Of a stretch of 64,000 bases of DNA, positions 26,718 to 38,403 are shown one piece after another. The translations under genes were made by a program, and so were the position numbers. Under the pieces are notes generated by a model. That model was given only the letters and a program-made list of their open reading frames with translations, searched no databases and was not told where the DNA came from. Source of the DNA: Herpetosiphon aurantiacus DSM 785. GTDB taxonomy: Bacteria > Chloroflexota > Chloroflexia > Chloroflexales > Herpetosiphonaceae. Numbering within the stretch: position 1 is the first letter of the stretch; every line of letters starts with the position of its first letter. The stretch spans positions 249,199 to 313,198 of the forward strand of contig CP000875.1 in NCBI GenBank assembly GCA_000018565.1, read 5' to 3'.

Positions 26718-27572
26718 CTATTTATTGCGCAACCAACGCCATGTAAAGCGTACACAACCGATCAGCACAATTGGCACGGCCCAGACCAAAACCATGATGA
26801 TCCACACGAATAGCCATTGCCAGCGTTTGGCGGTGTTGAAGCTATTCGAGCCTGAGCCAACTTCTAGCATTGAAGCGTTGTTTAGCTCTACATAATCGTA
26901 TGTGGCAAGGTTTGTGAGCTTGGCAACGGTGTATTTATCAAGGTACAGTTCTTCGGGCAACGCGCCATTACGAATCGGCTCATCCCAATCGTAGCAAGCG
27001 ATGTTGTAATCGGCATTGCAAGCGGCCCAAGCAGGCACAGGGTCACCATATTGCCAATCGCTGGTGGTCAGTGGCGCAAGACTGTAGTAACTGTAGGTGA
27101 TGCGTGAGCTTTTGCGATCTTTGCTGGCAACTTTGTGGACGGTGGCATAGTTGGTTTGTACCACAGCATCATTGAAGTAAAAGATTGCACCATTTGGATA
27201 ATAGGGGATTTCGGCAGCAGTAATGTTGTTGATAGTTTCTTTGCCAGCGGTATAGCGCATATAGCGCCAGCCCATGCCTGCAAACATCAAAATAACCACA
27301 TGCCAGATAATAATCATGCCTGCGAAACTACTACTAATACGGCCATCAGTAGCGCCAGCCCAATAGGCACTAATGCCCAGCCAAGCGATGCCAAGCAGCG
27401 CAAATGACCATGGCGGTGGCGTAAGAAACCCCAGAATTCCGCCGATAACCACGCATAAAACGCTGTTGTAAAACCCTGCCGCTAGATGAAAGCCTAAACT
27501 GCGCCATGAATCAAACATGCTCTGGCTCCTTTCGCTGCATTGCTGTGTGCTAGGTACGCAGCTAGCTAGCAA
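26718..27572 (-). CDS. Membrane protein, paralog 2 of a tandem pair
   Basis: Same architecture as 25885..26706. The track ORF starts at a TTG. A more likely ATG lies about 18 codons in (MFDSWRSLGF...). Confidence 0.5.
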   Translation of the reverse strand: MLASCVPSTQQCSERSQSMFDSWRSLGFHLAAGFYNSVLCVVIGGILGFLTPPPWSFALLGIAWLGISAYWAGATDGRISSSFAGMIIIWHVVILMFAGMGWRYMRYTAGKETINNITAAEIPYYPNGAIFYFNDAVVQTNYATVHKVASKDRKSSRITYSYYSLAPLTTSDWQYGDPVPAWAACNADYNIACYDWDEPIRNGALPEELYLDKYTVAKLTNLATYDYVELNNASMLEVGSGSNSFNTAKRWQWLFVWIIMVLVWAVPIVLIGCVRFTWRWLRNK

Positions 27573-27615
27573 GGGTTTTAGTGTACTAGGCGATCACTGG
27601 TTGGGGGAATAGCAC

Positions 27616-27650
27616 AAAAACACCGTTGGAATGGCTCCAACGGTGTTTTG
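27616..27650 (-). terminator. Intrinsic terminator downstream of rpoC (CACCGTTGGA-N5-TCCAACGGTG flanked by A/T runs)
   Basis: Seen directly, 25 nt after the rpoC stop. The minus-strand reading gives a stem followed by a UUUUUG tract. Confidence 0.7.
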
Positions 27651-27674
27651 TTGATTGAACTTTTGGGCTATTGC

Positions 27675-30600
27675 TTAGACGTTTTCCTCGTCTTCGTCGG
27701 TGCCTAAGAGTTCGCTCAGGGTTGGTTTACGACCTTCTTCAGCTTGCAAACGAGCCATGGCTTGGGCAAACAAGTCATCCTTTGGTCCATTGCCACTGTC
27801 GATGTTGGTGACAGCGTTCAAGGCTTCGTCGAATGAGCGTGGTGGCGCGGGCTTGGGTTCGCTCATCACTGCTGGCGCAGGCGTTGCTGCTGGAACTTCG
27901 CGATCAGCGGGAGTGCTGGTGATTTGGGCAACCCGCAAGGCGGCTTCTTCAGCCAATTTGCGCCGTTGCTCCATCCCCGTACCAGCTGGAATCAGCTTGC
28001 CGATAACCACGTTTTCTTTCAAGCCACGCAGGTAATCGATCTTGCCATTGACGGCAGCTTCAGTCAGCACGCGCGTGGTTTCTTGGAACGAGGCCGCCGA
28101 CAAGAATGAGTCGGTTGACAACGAGGCCTTGGTAATCCCCAACAAAACTGGCACTGCCAATGCTGGGTCACCACCTTGGCTCACAATCGAAGCATTGATC
28201 CGATTGAGTTCGTGGAGTTCGACCAATTCGCCTGGCAAGAGTTCAGTATCGCCTGGCTCTTCGATGCGTACCCGTCGCAACATTTGGCGCACAATCACTT
28301 CAATGTGCTTATCGTTGATCCCCACACCTTGCGAACGATAGACCTTTTGGGCTTCGTTGGTCAGGTATTCTTGAACTGCTTCGCGACCACGCAATTGCAG
28401 CATTTCTTGAGGGTCAGATGAGCCTTCGGTCATTTGTTGGCCAACTTGCACCAAATCGCCATCTTTGACCCGCAAACGAGCAGCGTGGGCAATCACTTCT
28501 TCATGTTCTTCGATGTCTTTGGCTTGAATTACCAAGCGATCATCGTCAACATAGACGTTGCCAGCTAGGCCTGCGACCAATGGTGCACGACCATCGCCAT
28601 CGACATTGCTTTCGGCCAAGAGGTTGCCAATTTCGACAGCATCGCCGTTTTTGACCACCACGCGGTAATCTTTGGGCAACATTTGCTCGTCGGTATAGAC
28701 TTCCTCAGAGACGATCCGCAAGCGCCGAATGCCTTCTTCTTCGCGCACAATCTGGACACGGCCAGCAATCTGAGCCAGCACCGCTTTCCCTTTCGGAATC
28801 CGGGCTTCGAAGATTTCTTGCACCCGTGGCAAACCTTGGGTGATGTCGGTATCAGTTGCCACACCACCAGTGTGGAACGTCCGCAGGGTCAGCTGCGTCC
28901 CTGGCTCACCAATCGATTGCGCCGCGATAATCCCGACAGCTTCGCCAATTTCGACCATCTTGCCAGTGGCAAGGTTGCGGCCATAGCACTTGCGACAAAT
29001 GCCATAATCGGCGTTACAGGTCAGTACCGAACGGACATAAATGCCAAATTCAGCTTGAGCCTCTTTGTCCAACGATTTCAGCACATTCGCAATGTGCTTG
29101 CCATCGTCTTCTAAGATTTCGCTATCGGTATCGAAAATGACTTCACCAGTCACGGGATTAGTGACCGGAGCCACCGTCACGCGGCCAACGATCCGATCTT
29201 CGACCGAGGCCAAAATATCGCGACTGACCCGAATCCACATACCTTCGGTTGTGCCACAATCTTCGATCGTCACGATCACATCTTGGGCCACGTCCACCAA
29301 ACGGCGGGTCAAGTAACCAGCGTCGGCTGTCCGCAAGGCGGTATCAGCCAAACCTTTCCGACCACCGTGGGTTGAGATGAAGTACTCGATAACGCTCAAG
29401 CCTTCGCGGAAGTTGGCGGTAATCGGCAATTCGATAATCCGTCCGGTTGGGTCAGTGGTCAAGCCCCGCATCCCCGCCATCTGGCGAATTTGCTCGACGT
29501 TACCACGCGCACCCGAGGTTGACATCATCGAAACTGGCCCGAATGGATTCAATGAGCGTTGAACTTCAACCTTGATTTGGTTGGTAGCATCGAGCCACGC
29601 CGTAACCACTTCACGATAGCGCTCGTCGTCGGTAATCAAACCACGACGTTGCATCTTTTCGATGTCTTGCACTTTCTTGTAGGTTTCTTGCACAATTGCA
29701 TCTTTGGTATCAGGCACTTCTACGTCCGAAGCCGAGAAGGTCATCCCGCCCAAGGTCGCGTGCTTGAAGCCCAAGGCCTTGATCCGGTCGGCCAAACGCG
29801 CCGTCCGTTCTGAGGCATAGAAACGCAACAGCGATTCTTCCGAGGTTTCAGGGCCGAAACGTTCAATTAATTCTTGATACACGTCGGCGATGATGTTCTC
29901 GCGCTGTGAGTGGAAGCGATAGCAGTCGGCGATCAAGGCTTTCAATCCCGATTTGCCAACCAAGAAGTTGCGATAGTGCAATGGTGAGCGATAGCCGTTT
30001 TCGCCAGCTTTTGGCTCGCCTTGGTAGCGCAACGCATTGTTGAAGATGATCCGCCCAACGCTGGTTTCGATCAAAACGCGTGGCGTAACGCCATCCAACG
30101 ATGGCAATTCCTTTTCACGCAAATCGCTGCCTGGCAGAATGTAATCTTCGATCACAATCCAAACAGGTGCTTGAATATGTACAACACCATTGGTGTAGGC
30201 CAACAAAGCTTCGTCAATTGACCCAAAGCGCTTGCCGCCACCCTTAGCCCCAGGTCGAACTTGGGTCAGGTAGAAACAACCCAACACGATGTCTTGCGAT
30301 GGCGTAATAATTGGGTCGCCAGTTGCCGGTGACAACAGGTTGTAGGTTGAAATCATACGACGACGGGCTTCTTCTTGGGCTTTGCGCGACAATGGTACGT
30401 GCACAGCCATTTGGTCGCCGTCAAAGTCGGCGTTGAATGCGGCACACACCAAGGGGTGCAATTGAATCGCCGAGCCTTCGATCAGCTTGGCTTCAAAGGC
30501 TTGAATCGACAAACGGTGCAGCGAAGGCGCACGGTTCAGCAATACCAAGTAGTCTTTGATGACTTCTTCGAGCACATCCCACACTTCGGGGCGAACCCGC

Positions 30601-32306
30601 TCAACGAAGCGCTTGGCTGATTTGATGTTGTGGGCAAAGCCTTTATCGACCAAGCGGCGCATGACGAATGGCTTGAACAATTCCAAGGCCATTTTCTTGG
30701 GCAAACCACATTGGTGCAATTGCAGGGTTGGTCCGACCACAATCACCGAACGGCCTGAGTAGTCAACCCGCTTACCCAAGAGGTTTTGGCGGAAGCGGCC
30801 TTGCTTGCCTTTGAGCATATCGCTCAGGCTCTTAAGGCGATGCTTGCCCTTGCCACTGACTGGGCGGCCACGGCGACCGTTGTCGATCAAGGCATCAACC
30901 GCTTCTTGCAACATACGTTTTTCGTTGCGCACGATGATTTCAGGAGCGTTCAACTCCATCAAGCGCTTGAGCCGGTTGTTGCGGTTGATCACCCGTCGAT
31001 ACAGGTCGTTCAAGTCAGAGGTCGCAAACCGACCACCATCAAGCTGGACCATCGGGCGCAAATCTGGTGGAATCACTGGCAAGACGGTCATAATCATCCA
31101 TTCAGGACGATTGCCGCTCTTGCGGAATGCTTCAACCACGCGCAGCCGTTTGGTGGCTTTCTTGCGGCGTTGACCCGATGAGCTTTGGACTTCGGCTTGC
31201 ATTTGGTTCGACAATTCGTCGAGATCAACCATCGATACGATGTCGCGCACCGCGCCAGCACCCATATCAGCCTTGAAGGTGTAGGGCGCTAAATCACGCA
31301 GAATCCGATATTCGTTTTCCGAAATAATCCGGTGCAACTGAATATCATCCAAGCGATCAAGCTTGTCTTTTTCTTCTTTGTTGAGATCTTCAAGCTGTTT
31401 GATCAAGGCCGTGGTTAGCCGTTCTTGTTCAGCATCAGCCACCGATTGGCGTTGATCACGCTCGCCGTCGGCCAACAAGCGCACGTTTTCAATCTCGTAT
31501 TCGCGGCGTTGTTCAAGCTTTTCGCGCTCTTGATCGATCAGTTGTTCGAGCTGTTCCAAGCTGCGTTCGCGCACTGGCTCGTTTTCTTCGAGCAGCACCG
31601 TGCCACGATAAACAATATCTTCATCGGCTAGTGCGTCGATGCCGATCAGTTCTTCGAGGTGTTCGCGCAATGCATTGGCTTCATCTTCGATTTCTTGGCG
31701 TTGGCGGGCAAATTGTTCATGCGTTCGCTCCAACGTGCCTTCCATGGCATTATCCATCGCCGCAAGGTCTTTGCTTAAACGGGTTGCCTTTTCGCCACGT
31801 TGTTCGATAATTTTTTCTTCGAGATCTTTGCGCCGCACGCCAAAGTCGGTCTTCATTTGCTCACGTACATTGCCCAATGCCAGATCATCGACATCGGTGA
31901 TAATATACGAGGCAAAATAAAGCACTCGCTCAAGATTACGTGGCGAGATATCTAAAAGTAAACCCAAACGCGATGGTGTGCCTTTAACAAACCAAATATG
32001 CGATACAGGCGAGGCAAGTTTGATATGACCCATGCGATCGCGTCGCACTTTGGATCGGGTGACTTCTACGCCACATTTATCGCATACAATGCCCTTATAA
32101 CGCACACGTTTGTACTTCCCACAGTAACATTCCCAATCGCGGGTAGGTCCGAAGATTTTTTCACAGAACAAGCCATCGCGTTCAGGACGCAGAGTTCTAT
32201 AATTAATCGTCTCTGGTTTGGTTACTTCACCGTGCGACCAGCTCAGGATATCTTCTGGTGAAGCGAGACTGATACGAATTGCATTGAATTCATTGATTTC
32301 GAGCAT
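27675..32306 (-). CDS. rpoC: DNA-directed RNA polymerase subunit beta-prime
   Basis: The canonical N-terminus ([24 protein letters not shown], the CxxC zinc finger), the NADFDGDQM catalytic loop and trigger-loop regions are present. The 1543 aa length indicates lineage-specific insertions. Confidence 0.95.
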   Translation of the reverse strand: MLEINEFNAIRISLASPEDILSWSHGEVTKPETINYRTLRPERDGLFCEKIFGPTRDWECYCGKYKRVRYKGIVCDKCGVEVTRSKVRRDRMGHIKLASPVSHIWFVKGTPSRLGLLLDISPRNLERVLYFASYIITDVDDLALGNVREQMKTDFGVRRKDLEEKIIEQRGEKATRLSKDLAAMDNAMEGTLERTHEQFARQRQEIEDEANALREHLEELIGIDALADEDIVYRGTVLLEENEPVRERSLEQLEQLIDQEREKLEQRREYEIENVRLLADGERDQRQSVADAEQERLTTALIKQLEDLNKEEKDKLDRLDDIQLHRIISENEYRILRDLAPYTFKADMGAGAVRDIVSMVDLDELSNQMQAEVQSSSGQRRKKATKRLRVVEAFRKSGNRPEWMIMTVLPVIPPDLRPMVQLDGGRFATSDLNDLYRRVINRNNRLKRLMELNAPEIIVRNEKRMLQEAVDALIDNGRRGRPVSGKGKHRLKSLSDMLKGKQGRFRQNLLGKRVDYSGRSVIVVGPTLQLHQCGLPKKMALELFKPFVMRRLVDKGFAHNIKSAKRFVERVRPEVWDVLEEVIKDYLVLLNRAPSLHRLSIQAFEAKLIEGSAIQLHPLVCAAFNADFDGDQMAVHVPLSRKAQEEARRRMISTYNLLSPATGDPIITPSQDIVLGCFYLTQVRPGAKGGGKRFGSIDEALLAYTNGVVHIQAPVWIVIEDYILPGSDLREKELPSLDGVTPRVLIETSVGRIIFNNALRYQGEPKAGENGYRSPLHYRNFLVGKSGLKALIADCYRFHSQRENIIADVYQELIERFGPETSEESLLRFYASERTARLADRIKALGFKHATLGGMTFSASDVEVPDTKDAIVQETYKKVQDIEKMQRRGLITDDERYREVVTAWLDATNQIKVEVQRSLNPFGPVSMMSTSGARGNVEQIRQMAGMRGLTTDPTGRIIELPITANFREGLSVIEYFISTHGGRKGLADTALRTADAGYLTRRLVDVAQDVIVTIEDCGTTEGMWIRVSRDILASVEDRIVGRVTVAPVTNPVTGEVIFDTDSEILEDDGKHIANVLKSLDKEAQAEFGIYVRSVLTCNADYGICRKCYGRNLATGKMVEIGEAVGIIAAQSIGEPGTQLTLRTFHTGGVATDTDITQGLPRVQEIFEARIPKGKAVLAQIAGRVQIVREEEGIRRLRIVSEEVYTDEQMLPKDYRVVVKNGDAVEIGNLLAESNVDGDGRAPLVAGLAGNVYVDDDRLVIQAKDIEEHEEVIAHAARLRVKDGDLVQVGQQMTEGSSDPQEMLQLRGREAVQEYLTNEAQKVYRSQGVGINDKHIEVIVRQMLRRVRIEEPGDTELLPGELVELHELNRINASIVSQGGDPALAVPVLLGITKASLSTDSFLSAASFQETTRVLTEAAVNGKIDYLRGLKENVVIGKLIPAGTGMEQRRKLAEEAALRVAQITSTPADREVPAATPAPAVMSEPKPAPPRSFDEALNAVTNIDSGNGPKDDLFAQAMARLQAEEGRKPTLSELLGTDEDEENV

Positions 32307-32323
32307 GGTTGAACGCTCCTCGG

Positions 32324-33025
32324 TTAAGGAAGATAGTTTGCAAAATGCAAGCGCATCTTCTCGGTAATTGTTCCCCGCTCAGGCGACTTCTTTGGTTGCC
32401 ATTGCTCAAATTGCTGCGCGATAGCAGCCTTACGTGCTAGCATCAGGCTATTATTATGATACAGCCATATTGCTAAACACTTAGCACGAATTGTGCTCCA
32501 CTTGATGTAATAATTATTGCGATTATGGCTAATATTTGGTGCTGGAATTCCAGTCATTAATTCAATACATCTACCTGTTTCCAGCAGTAACTGCTGAGAA
32601 CCAGAGTAAATTTGAATGACAGGCCGATCTCCATTCCAAACTAAGGTACCGTCACCATCAATAAACCCACGAATAAAATCCACGAGATATTCGGTTGGTA
32701 CATTAGGAAAGCCTATAACATGCGATTTATTTGGAATTCCCCCAAGATTGAGTAGATCGTGATACAAGCCTTGATTGCAAATAACCATTTCGTGACAGGT
32801 TGATTCTTTACGTACTTGACGCAAAGCTGTTGTCGCACCCATAGCATCGGCAATTGCTTGTAAGTGTTCTATATCAATACTAGCGATCTGAACAAAATGA
32901 CCACCAGTGTTGGAATGAATTCGCATATATCCATCAGCCCACCAATAGCCTAGAACATAGGCCATGGTTGGTGACCATGTGCGAAAGAAAGGATTGCTAG
33001 CAGCAGGTCGAGCCATGGTTAGCAC
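32324..33025 (-). mobile_element. Free-standing double-motif LAGLIDADG homing endonuclease ORF between rpoB and rpoC
   Basis: Two LAGLIDADG-type motifs are present (VLGYWWADGYM and FIRGFIDGDGTL) about 95 residues apart. GC is about 42% against about 55% in the flanks. It is a separate ORF with its own stop, 17 nt upstream of rpoC and 70 nt downstream of rpoB. Confidence 0.75.
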
Positions 33026-33094
33026 CGTGCGATAGAGAGGCGGTAGTTCACGTCATTGGGAACTACCGCGAGAGCAATGGATCGCAACCGAAGT

Positions 33095-36000
33095 TTAGAG
33101 TTCGCCTTTTTCCATCCCCGACAGGTTGATGCCGTCGAGTGAGATTAAGTCATCGGCTTCGCTATCGGTTAGCTCAACCGGGCGTTCATCAGCGGTCAAC
33201 ACATCGACCGACAGACCAAGCGATTGCAACTCTTTGATCAAGACCTTGAACGATTCAGGTACGCCGGCTTCGTTGATTGGATCGCCCTTGACGATCGCCT
33301 CATACGTTTTGACCCGACCAACCACGTCGTCGGACTTGACCGTGAGCATTTCTTGGAGAATGTAAGCAGCGCCATAGGCTTCGAGCGCCCAAACTTCCAT
33401 TTCACCAAAGCGCTGACCACCGAACTGAGCCTTACCGCCGAGTGGCTGTTGAGTCACCAAGCTGTAAGGGCCAGTTGAGCGAGCGTGGATCTTATCTTCC
33501 ACCAAGTGCGCCAACTTGAGCATATATTTGTAACCGACGGTCACTGGATTATCGAATTTCTCGCCAGTGCGGCCATCGTAGAGATCGATCTTGGCATCGG
33601 ATGGCAGGCCTGATTCAGCGAGAGCTTTGATAATATCCTCATCGCGTGCGCCGTCGAAGACTGGCGTGGCGATACGGAAGCCCAAGCGTGAAGCAGCCCA
33701 ACCCAAGTGAGTTTCCAAAATCTGGCCGATGTTCATGCGGCTTGGCACCGCCAACGGATTCAAGACGATATCAACAGGCGTGCCATCGGGTAAGAATGGC
33801 ATATCTTCGATTGGCAGCACGCGGCTGACCACGCCTTTATTGCCGTGGCGGCCTGCCATCTTATCGCCTGGGCTGATTTTGCGCTTTTGACAGAGCATCA
33901 CCCGCACCGTTTGATTGACACCGACAGGCATTTCAGTTGTTTCGTCGCGGGTAAAGACCTTGACATCAATGACTTTACCTTTGACCCCGTTGGGAACGCG
34001 CAAGCTACTATCTTTAACTTCGCGGGCCTTTTCACCGAAGATAGCTCGCAAGAGCCGTTCTTCAGCGGTCAGGTCAGTTTCGCCCTTGGGTGTGATTTTG
34101 CCAACCAAAATATCGTTTGGCTGAACATCAGCACCAACATAGATAATCCCGCGTTCGTCCAAGTTTTTAAGGCTATCTTGGCCGACGTTAGGAATATCGC
34201 GGGTAATTTCTTCGGGGCCAAGTTTGGTATCGCGAGCTTCGACTTCATATTTTTCAATGTGAATCGAAGTGAAAATATCTTCGCGTACCAAGCGTTCGCT
34301 AACCAAAATCGCGTCTTCGAAGTTCCCACCTTCCCAAGGCATGTAGGCCACGAGAATATTTTGGCCAAGCGCTAGCTCGCCATTTTGGGTCGAAGAACTA
34401 TCGGCAATTACCTCGCCAGCCCGAATTTTATCGCCAATAAAGACGCTTGGGCGTTGGTTGATACAGGTATCTTGGTTCGAGCGCAAGAACTTGAGCAATG
34501 GATAGGTGCGTTCAGTGCCATCGTTTTCGCGAACCAAAATGCGTTCGCTATTCGATGAAAGCACCACAGCATCGGCACGAGCCACAACCACCTGACCTGA
34601 GTCGCGGGCGGCTTTGTGCTCCATGCCAGTACCGATAATTGGCGCATCAGGGCGCAACAACGGCACAGCTTGGCGCTGCATGTTCGAACCCATCAAGGCA
34701 CGGTTTGCGTCGTCGTGTTCCAAGAACGGAATCAACGCGGTTGAAACACTGACCACCTGCTTGGGCGAAACGTCCATATAATCGACCGAGGCGATTGGAG
34801 CTTGGACGAAATCTTCAGCATGGCGGCATGAAACCGTTGGGTCGATAAAGCGGAAGCGTTCGTCAAGCAAAGCGTTAGCTTGGGCAATGATGAACTTATC
34901 TTCTTCATCGGCTGGCAAATAGTCGGTTTCATTGGTGACAACTGGGTGAATTTTGATTGCACGTAAGGGCAAATCGGCAATTTTGGTTGCCAAGGCGCGG
35001 TCAATTTCTGAACCAGCTTCGGCAATCAAATCGCCAGTCGCTGGGTTGACAATATCTTCACGCAGCAATTGTCCATTGAGCACACCGATCGCAATGATTT
35101 TGGCTAATTCAGCATCGACCCGTGCCCCAGCGCGAGCGATCAACTCGCCAGTGCTGAGGTGGCGCACATCGCGGGTAGTCATGCCACGTTCAAGCCAGAG
35201 CGGGGCATTATCAACTTCGCGATAGACACGGCGATAGGGCGTTTCAAGGAAGCCCATTTCGTTAACCCGTGCAAAGGTTGACATCGTACCGATCAGACCG
35301 ATGTTTGGACCTTCAGGCGTTTCAACCGGGCAGATCCGGCCATAGTGCGAGTGGTGAACGTCGCGAACCTCAAAGCCTGCACGGTCGCGGCTCAGACCAC
35401 CAGGGCCAAGCGCTGAAAGGCGGCGTTTGTGGGTCAACTCAGCCAATGGATTGGTTTGATCCATGAACTGGGAAAGTTGCGAACCGCCGAAGAACTCGCG
35501 CATAGCGGCAACCACAGGCCGGATATTGATCAAGCCATTGGGAGTTGCAGCTTCTGGTTCTTGCAACGACATGCGTTCTTTGATCACCCGTTCCATACGC
35601 AGCAAACCGACGCGGAATTGGGTTTGAATCAATTCGCCGACAGTCCGCACGCGGCGGTTACCGAGGTGGTCAATATCATCGGGGTTGCCAATCCCATTAT
35701 TGAGATCGATCAAGCGCTCGACGATTTTGAACAAATCGGCTTTGCTGAGCACGCGCATGGTTAGGCTGGGAATTTCTTGGCCTTCGAAGAGGCGGCTTTT
35801 TTCCCACAGATTGCGATTTAATTTATAGCGACCGACTTTGCCCAAGTCGTAGCGGCGGGCGTTGAACAGCAAGGTTTCCAATAACGAACGGGCGTTATCG
35901 ACAGTTGCTGGATCGCCTGGGCGCAAGCGCTTGTACAATTCCATAATCGCTTCTTTGGCATTGGTTGATGGATCTTTATCCAAGGTTGAAGCGATATATT

Positions 36001-36748
36001 GGTGGTCGCGGTTAACATCGACATTGGCGAATAAGGCGATAACGTCTTCATTCAGCCCACATTGATCGAGTGGTTTATCGCCAAATAAGCCGAGCACCGC
36101 GCGGATCAAGATCGTGACTGGCAACTTACGTTTGCGGTCAACCTTGACCGAAAGCACATCGCGCTTATTCGTTTCAAACTCCAGCCAAGCACCACGGTTG
36201 GGGATCAACTTAGCACTGTGGAGCGAACGACCGCTGGTTGGCTCTTTTTCTTCCTTGAAATACACGCCAGGTGAGCGAATCAACTGCGACACAACAACCC
36301 GTTCTGCGCCGTTGATCACAAACGTCCCATTATTGGTCATCAATGGGAAGTCACCAAGGAAGATATCGCTTTCCTTGATTTCACCGGTAGTTTTGACCTT
36401 CAAGCGCACGCGAACCCGCAGGGGGGCGGCGTAGGTCATATCACGTTCACGGCACTCAAATTCGTTATAGCGGGGTTCGCCGAACTCATAATCGCTAAAC
36501 GAAAGCTCTAGGTTTTTGCCCGTGAAATCGTCGATGGGATTAATTTCATCGAACAATTCACGTAGCCCTTCACGTTGAAACCAGCGAAACGAATCGATCT
36601 GGGTTTCGATCAACTTCGGTAATTCAATCGCATCGGTAATGCGAGCAAAACTCCGACGTGATGCGATCATCGCACGACCTTGGTCATCGCGGAAGATACT
36701 GGACGTGATCAGCGGTGGCAGGATAACAGTTGACTGAACTTGCGGCAT
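33095..36748 (-). CDS. rpoB: DNA-directed RNA polymerase subunit beta
   Basis: rpoB hallmark blocks are present: the rifampicin-cluster region GPNIGLIG...[14 protein letters not shown] and the C-terminal [15 protein letters not shown]. The length is 1217 aa. A GGGAG RBS lies upstream. Confidence 0.95.
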
Positions 36749-37046
36749 CAGCTTCGCTCCCTAGCCCCGCAAAAGCACAAAATGCTCACCTCCAAACACC
36801 CGTAGTCAAAAATGCGACTTGTGGTTGTCCGGCTGCGAGTTTGACTGCTTTTGGCGGCAGCGCAACGAAAAATACGCCCAATGGCGTGGTATTGGTTTAA
36901 GTTCTTGGCGTGGATCGAAAGCCTCGTCCAAACACTACGAAAAGCTATTTTTGCAAAAGGAGATTATAGCACCAACGGTTGGAGGTGTCAAGAGACAATA
37001 CGAGGTTTAAACTTGCGGGCATTATACTCTCGCGCTCGGTAGAAGT

Positions 37047-37108
37047 CAACCCCTTTTTTTAGAAATTCGCACAAATGTTTTGAATTCTAAAAAAGGGGTT
37101 GGTTTTTT
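37047..37108. terminator. 17-bp-stem palindrome (CAACCCCTTTTTTAGAA ... TTCTAAAAAAGGGGTTG) followed on the + strand by TTTTTT, directly after the ribF stop
   Basis: Seen directly. On the minus strand it sits immediately 3-prime of ribF. On the plus strand it is a canonical stem plus T6. Confidence 0.6.
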
Positions 37109-38051
37109 AGGCGTTGGCAAGCCATTCACGGGCAAATTGGGCATCGCGGCCAATCTGGGCCACCAGTTGTTCGATGCCAGCAAATTTTTGTTCGCCGCGA
37201 ATATGTTGTAAAAAGCTAACTCGCAACGGGCGACCATAAATATCTTCGTTGAAATCAAATAAATGAGCTTCAACTGCGCGACCAAGCACGCCAAAAGTTG
37301 GCCGCACGCCGATGTTGGTCACAGCGCCAAAACTACGCCGATCATCAAGCAACTGAACCTTGCAAACATAAACACCATCAGCGGGCAACGTATGATTACT
37401 GGCAATTTGCACATTGGCGGTTGGAAAGCCAATCTTGCGCCCACGCTGATCGCCTGGTATAACCGTGCCTTGCAAGCTAAATGCCCGCCCAAGATAATGA
37501 TTGGCAGTTTGGACATCGCCAGCAGCTAAACTAGTGCGAATCGCAGTTGAGCTAACAATCTCGCCATCAAGCGTCCAGTAGGGAATTGGCTCGACCGTAA
37601 ATCCCAACTCTTGGCCAAACTCCTGCAAAACCGGAATTGTGCCAGTGCCGCGATGACCAAGCTTGAAATCTGGGCCAACCCACAATTCACGAACTGGCAC
37701 ATGATTCAAGAGCAATTGTAAAAAAGCCTTGGGGCTAAGCTGCGAGGTAGCATGGGTGAACGGCAACACCGCCAGCAAATCGATGCCTAGCTCTTGCATT
37801 AATGCTGCTCGCTCATTGATTGTGGTTAAGTAGCGAATCTCACGCTCAGGCCGCAAAATCTCATCAGGATGCGGATCGAAGGTCAAGACCGCGCTATGGC
37901 AATTGTGCTGGCGAGCGCGTTCGACCAAACGGCGCAGGAGTTGTTGATGGGCTTGATGCACGCCATCAAATTTGCCAATAGTTAAGAGCGTTGGAGTTTG
38001 ATAGTGCACGCTGGCAAGTTCAGCAAAATGCATGGCCTGGTTCCAATTCAT
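37107..38051 (-). CDS. ribF: Bifunctional riboflavin kinase / FMN adenylyltransferase
   Basis: The N-terminal nucleotidyltransferase motif TIGKFDGVHQAHQQLL and the C-terminal riboflavin kinase domain (PTANV ... GVY) are present. Confidence 0.85.
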   Translation of the reverse strand: MNWNQAMHFAELASVHYQTPTLLTIGKFDGVHQAHQQLLRRLVERARQHNCHSAVLTFDPHPDEILRPEREIRYLTTINERAALMQELGIDLLAVLPFTHATSQLSPKAFLQLLLNHVPVRELWVGPDFKLGHRGTGTIPVLQEFGQELGFTVEPIPYWTLDGEIVSSTAIRTSLAAGDVQTANHYLGRAFSLQGTVIPGDQRGRKIGFPTANVQIASNHTLPADGVYVCKVQLLDDRRSFGAVTNIGVRPTFGVLGRAVEAHLFDFNEDIYGRPLRVSFLQHIRGEQKFAGIEQLVAQIGRDAQFAREWLANA

Positions 38052-38111
38052 AAAGTTGCCAATATCGCCTCACAAGATACCATTGTCATTGGTAAATAGC
38101 AAAGGTTGCGA

Positions 38112-38200
38112 GGGATCAGGGGGTTAGGGATCAGGGGCTAGGATGTTTTAACCCAGAGGCGCAGAGTTGGCGAAGGATGAAGGATGAAGGATGCGGGGAT
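38112..38200. repeat. GGGATCAGGGGGTTAGGGATCAGGGGCTAGG module plus (GAAGGAT)x3 heptamer run
   Basis: Seen directly. The heptamers are the reverse complement of the CATCCTT runs at 8011-8037 and 20654-20680. Confidence 0.6.
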
Positions 38201-38250
38201 GAAAATAGGTGAGTTTGGGTAAGGTTTTAGGGGTAAGGATTGTCAGCGAT

Positions 38251-38363
38251 CCCTCACCCCCTAGCCCCCGCTCCCGCACGCGAGGCGAGGGGGAACCGTC
38301 CATCATGATGATAGGGAACGCCCCTCGCCCGCCGCAGTGGGCGAGGGGTTGGGGGTGAGGGAC
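38251..38363. repeat. GC-rich nested-palindrome element, copy A (CCCTCACCCCC ... GGGGGTGAGGG with internal CCCCTCGCCC-N8-GGGCGAGGGG)
   Basis: 11-bp terminal inverted repeats and two internal hairpins are seen directly. Five related copies are in the window. Confidence 0.8.
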
Positions 38364-38403
38364 TATACCTTCAATTTCCTTAATAATAGTTGTAAGAATA
38401 AGT

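Noticed and set aside
33126-36434. Numerous short ORFs on both strands inside rpoB and rpoC
   Set aside because: They are nested within universally conserved polymerase coding sequence and have no independent support.
27675-36748. Possibility that the LAGLIDADG ORF is an intein within rpoB or rpoC
   Set aside because: The endonuclease ORF has its own start and stop. It lies in a different reading unit. The rpoC N-terminus and rpoB C-terminus are canonical and complete without it.
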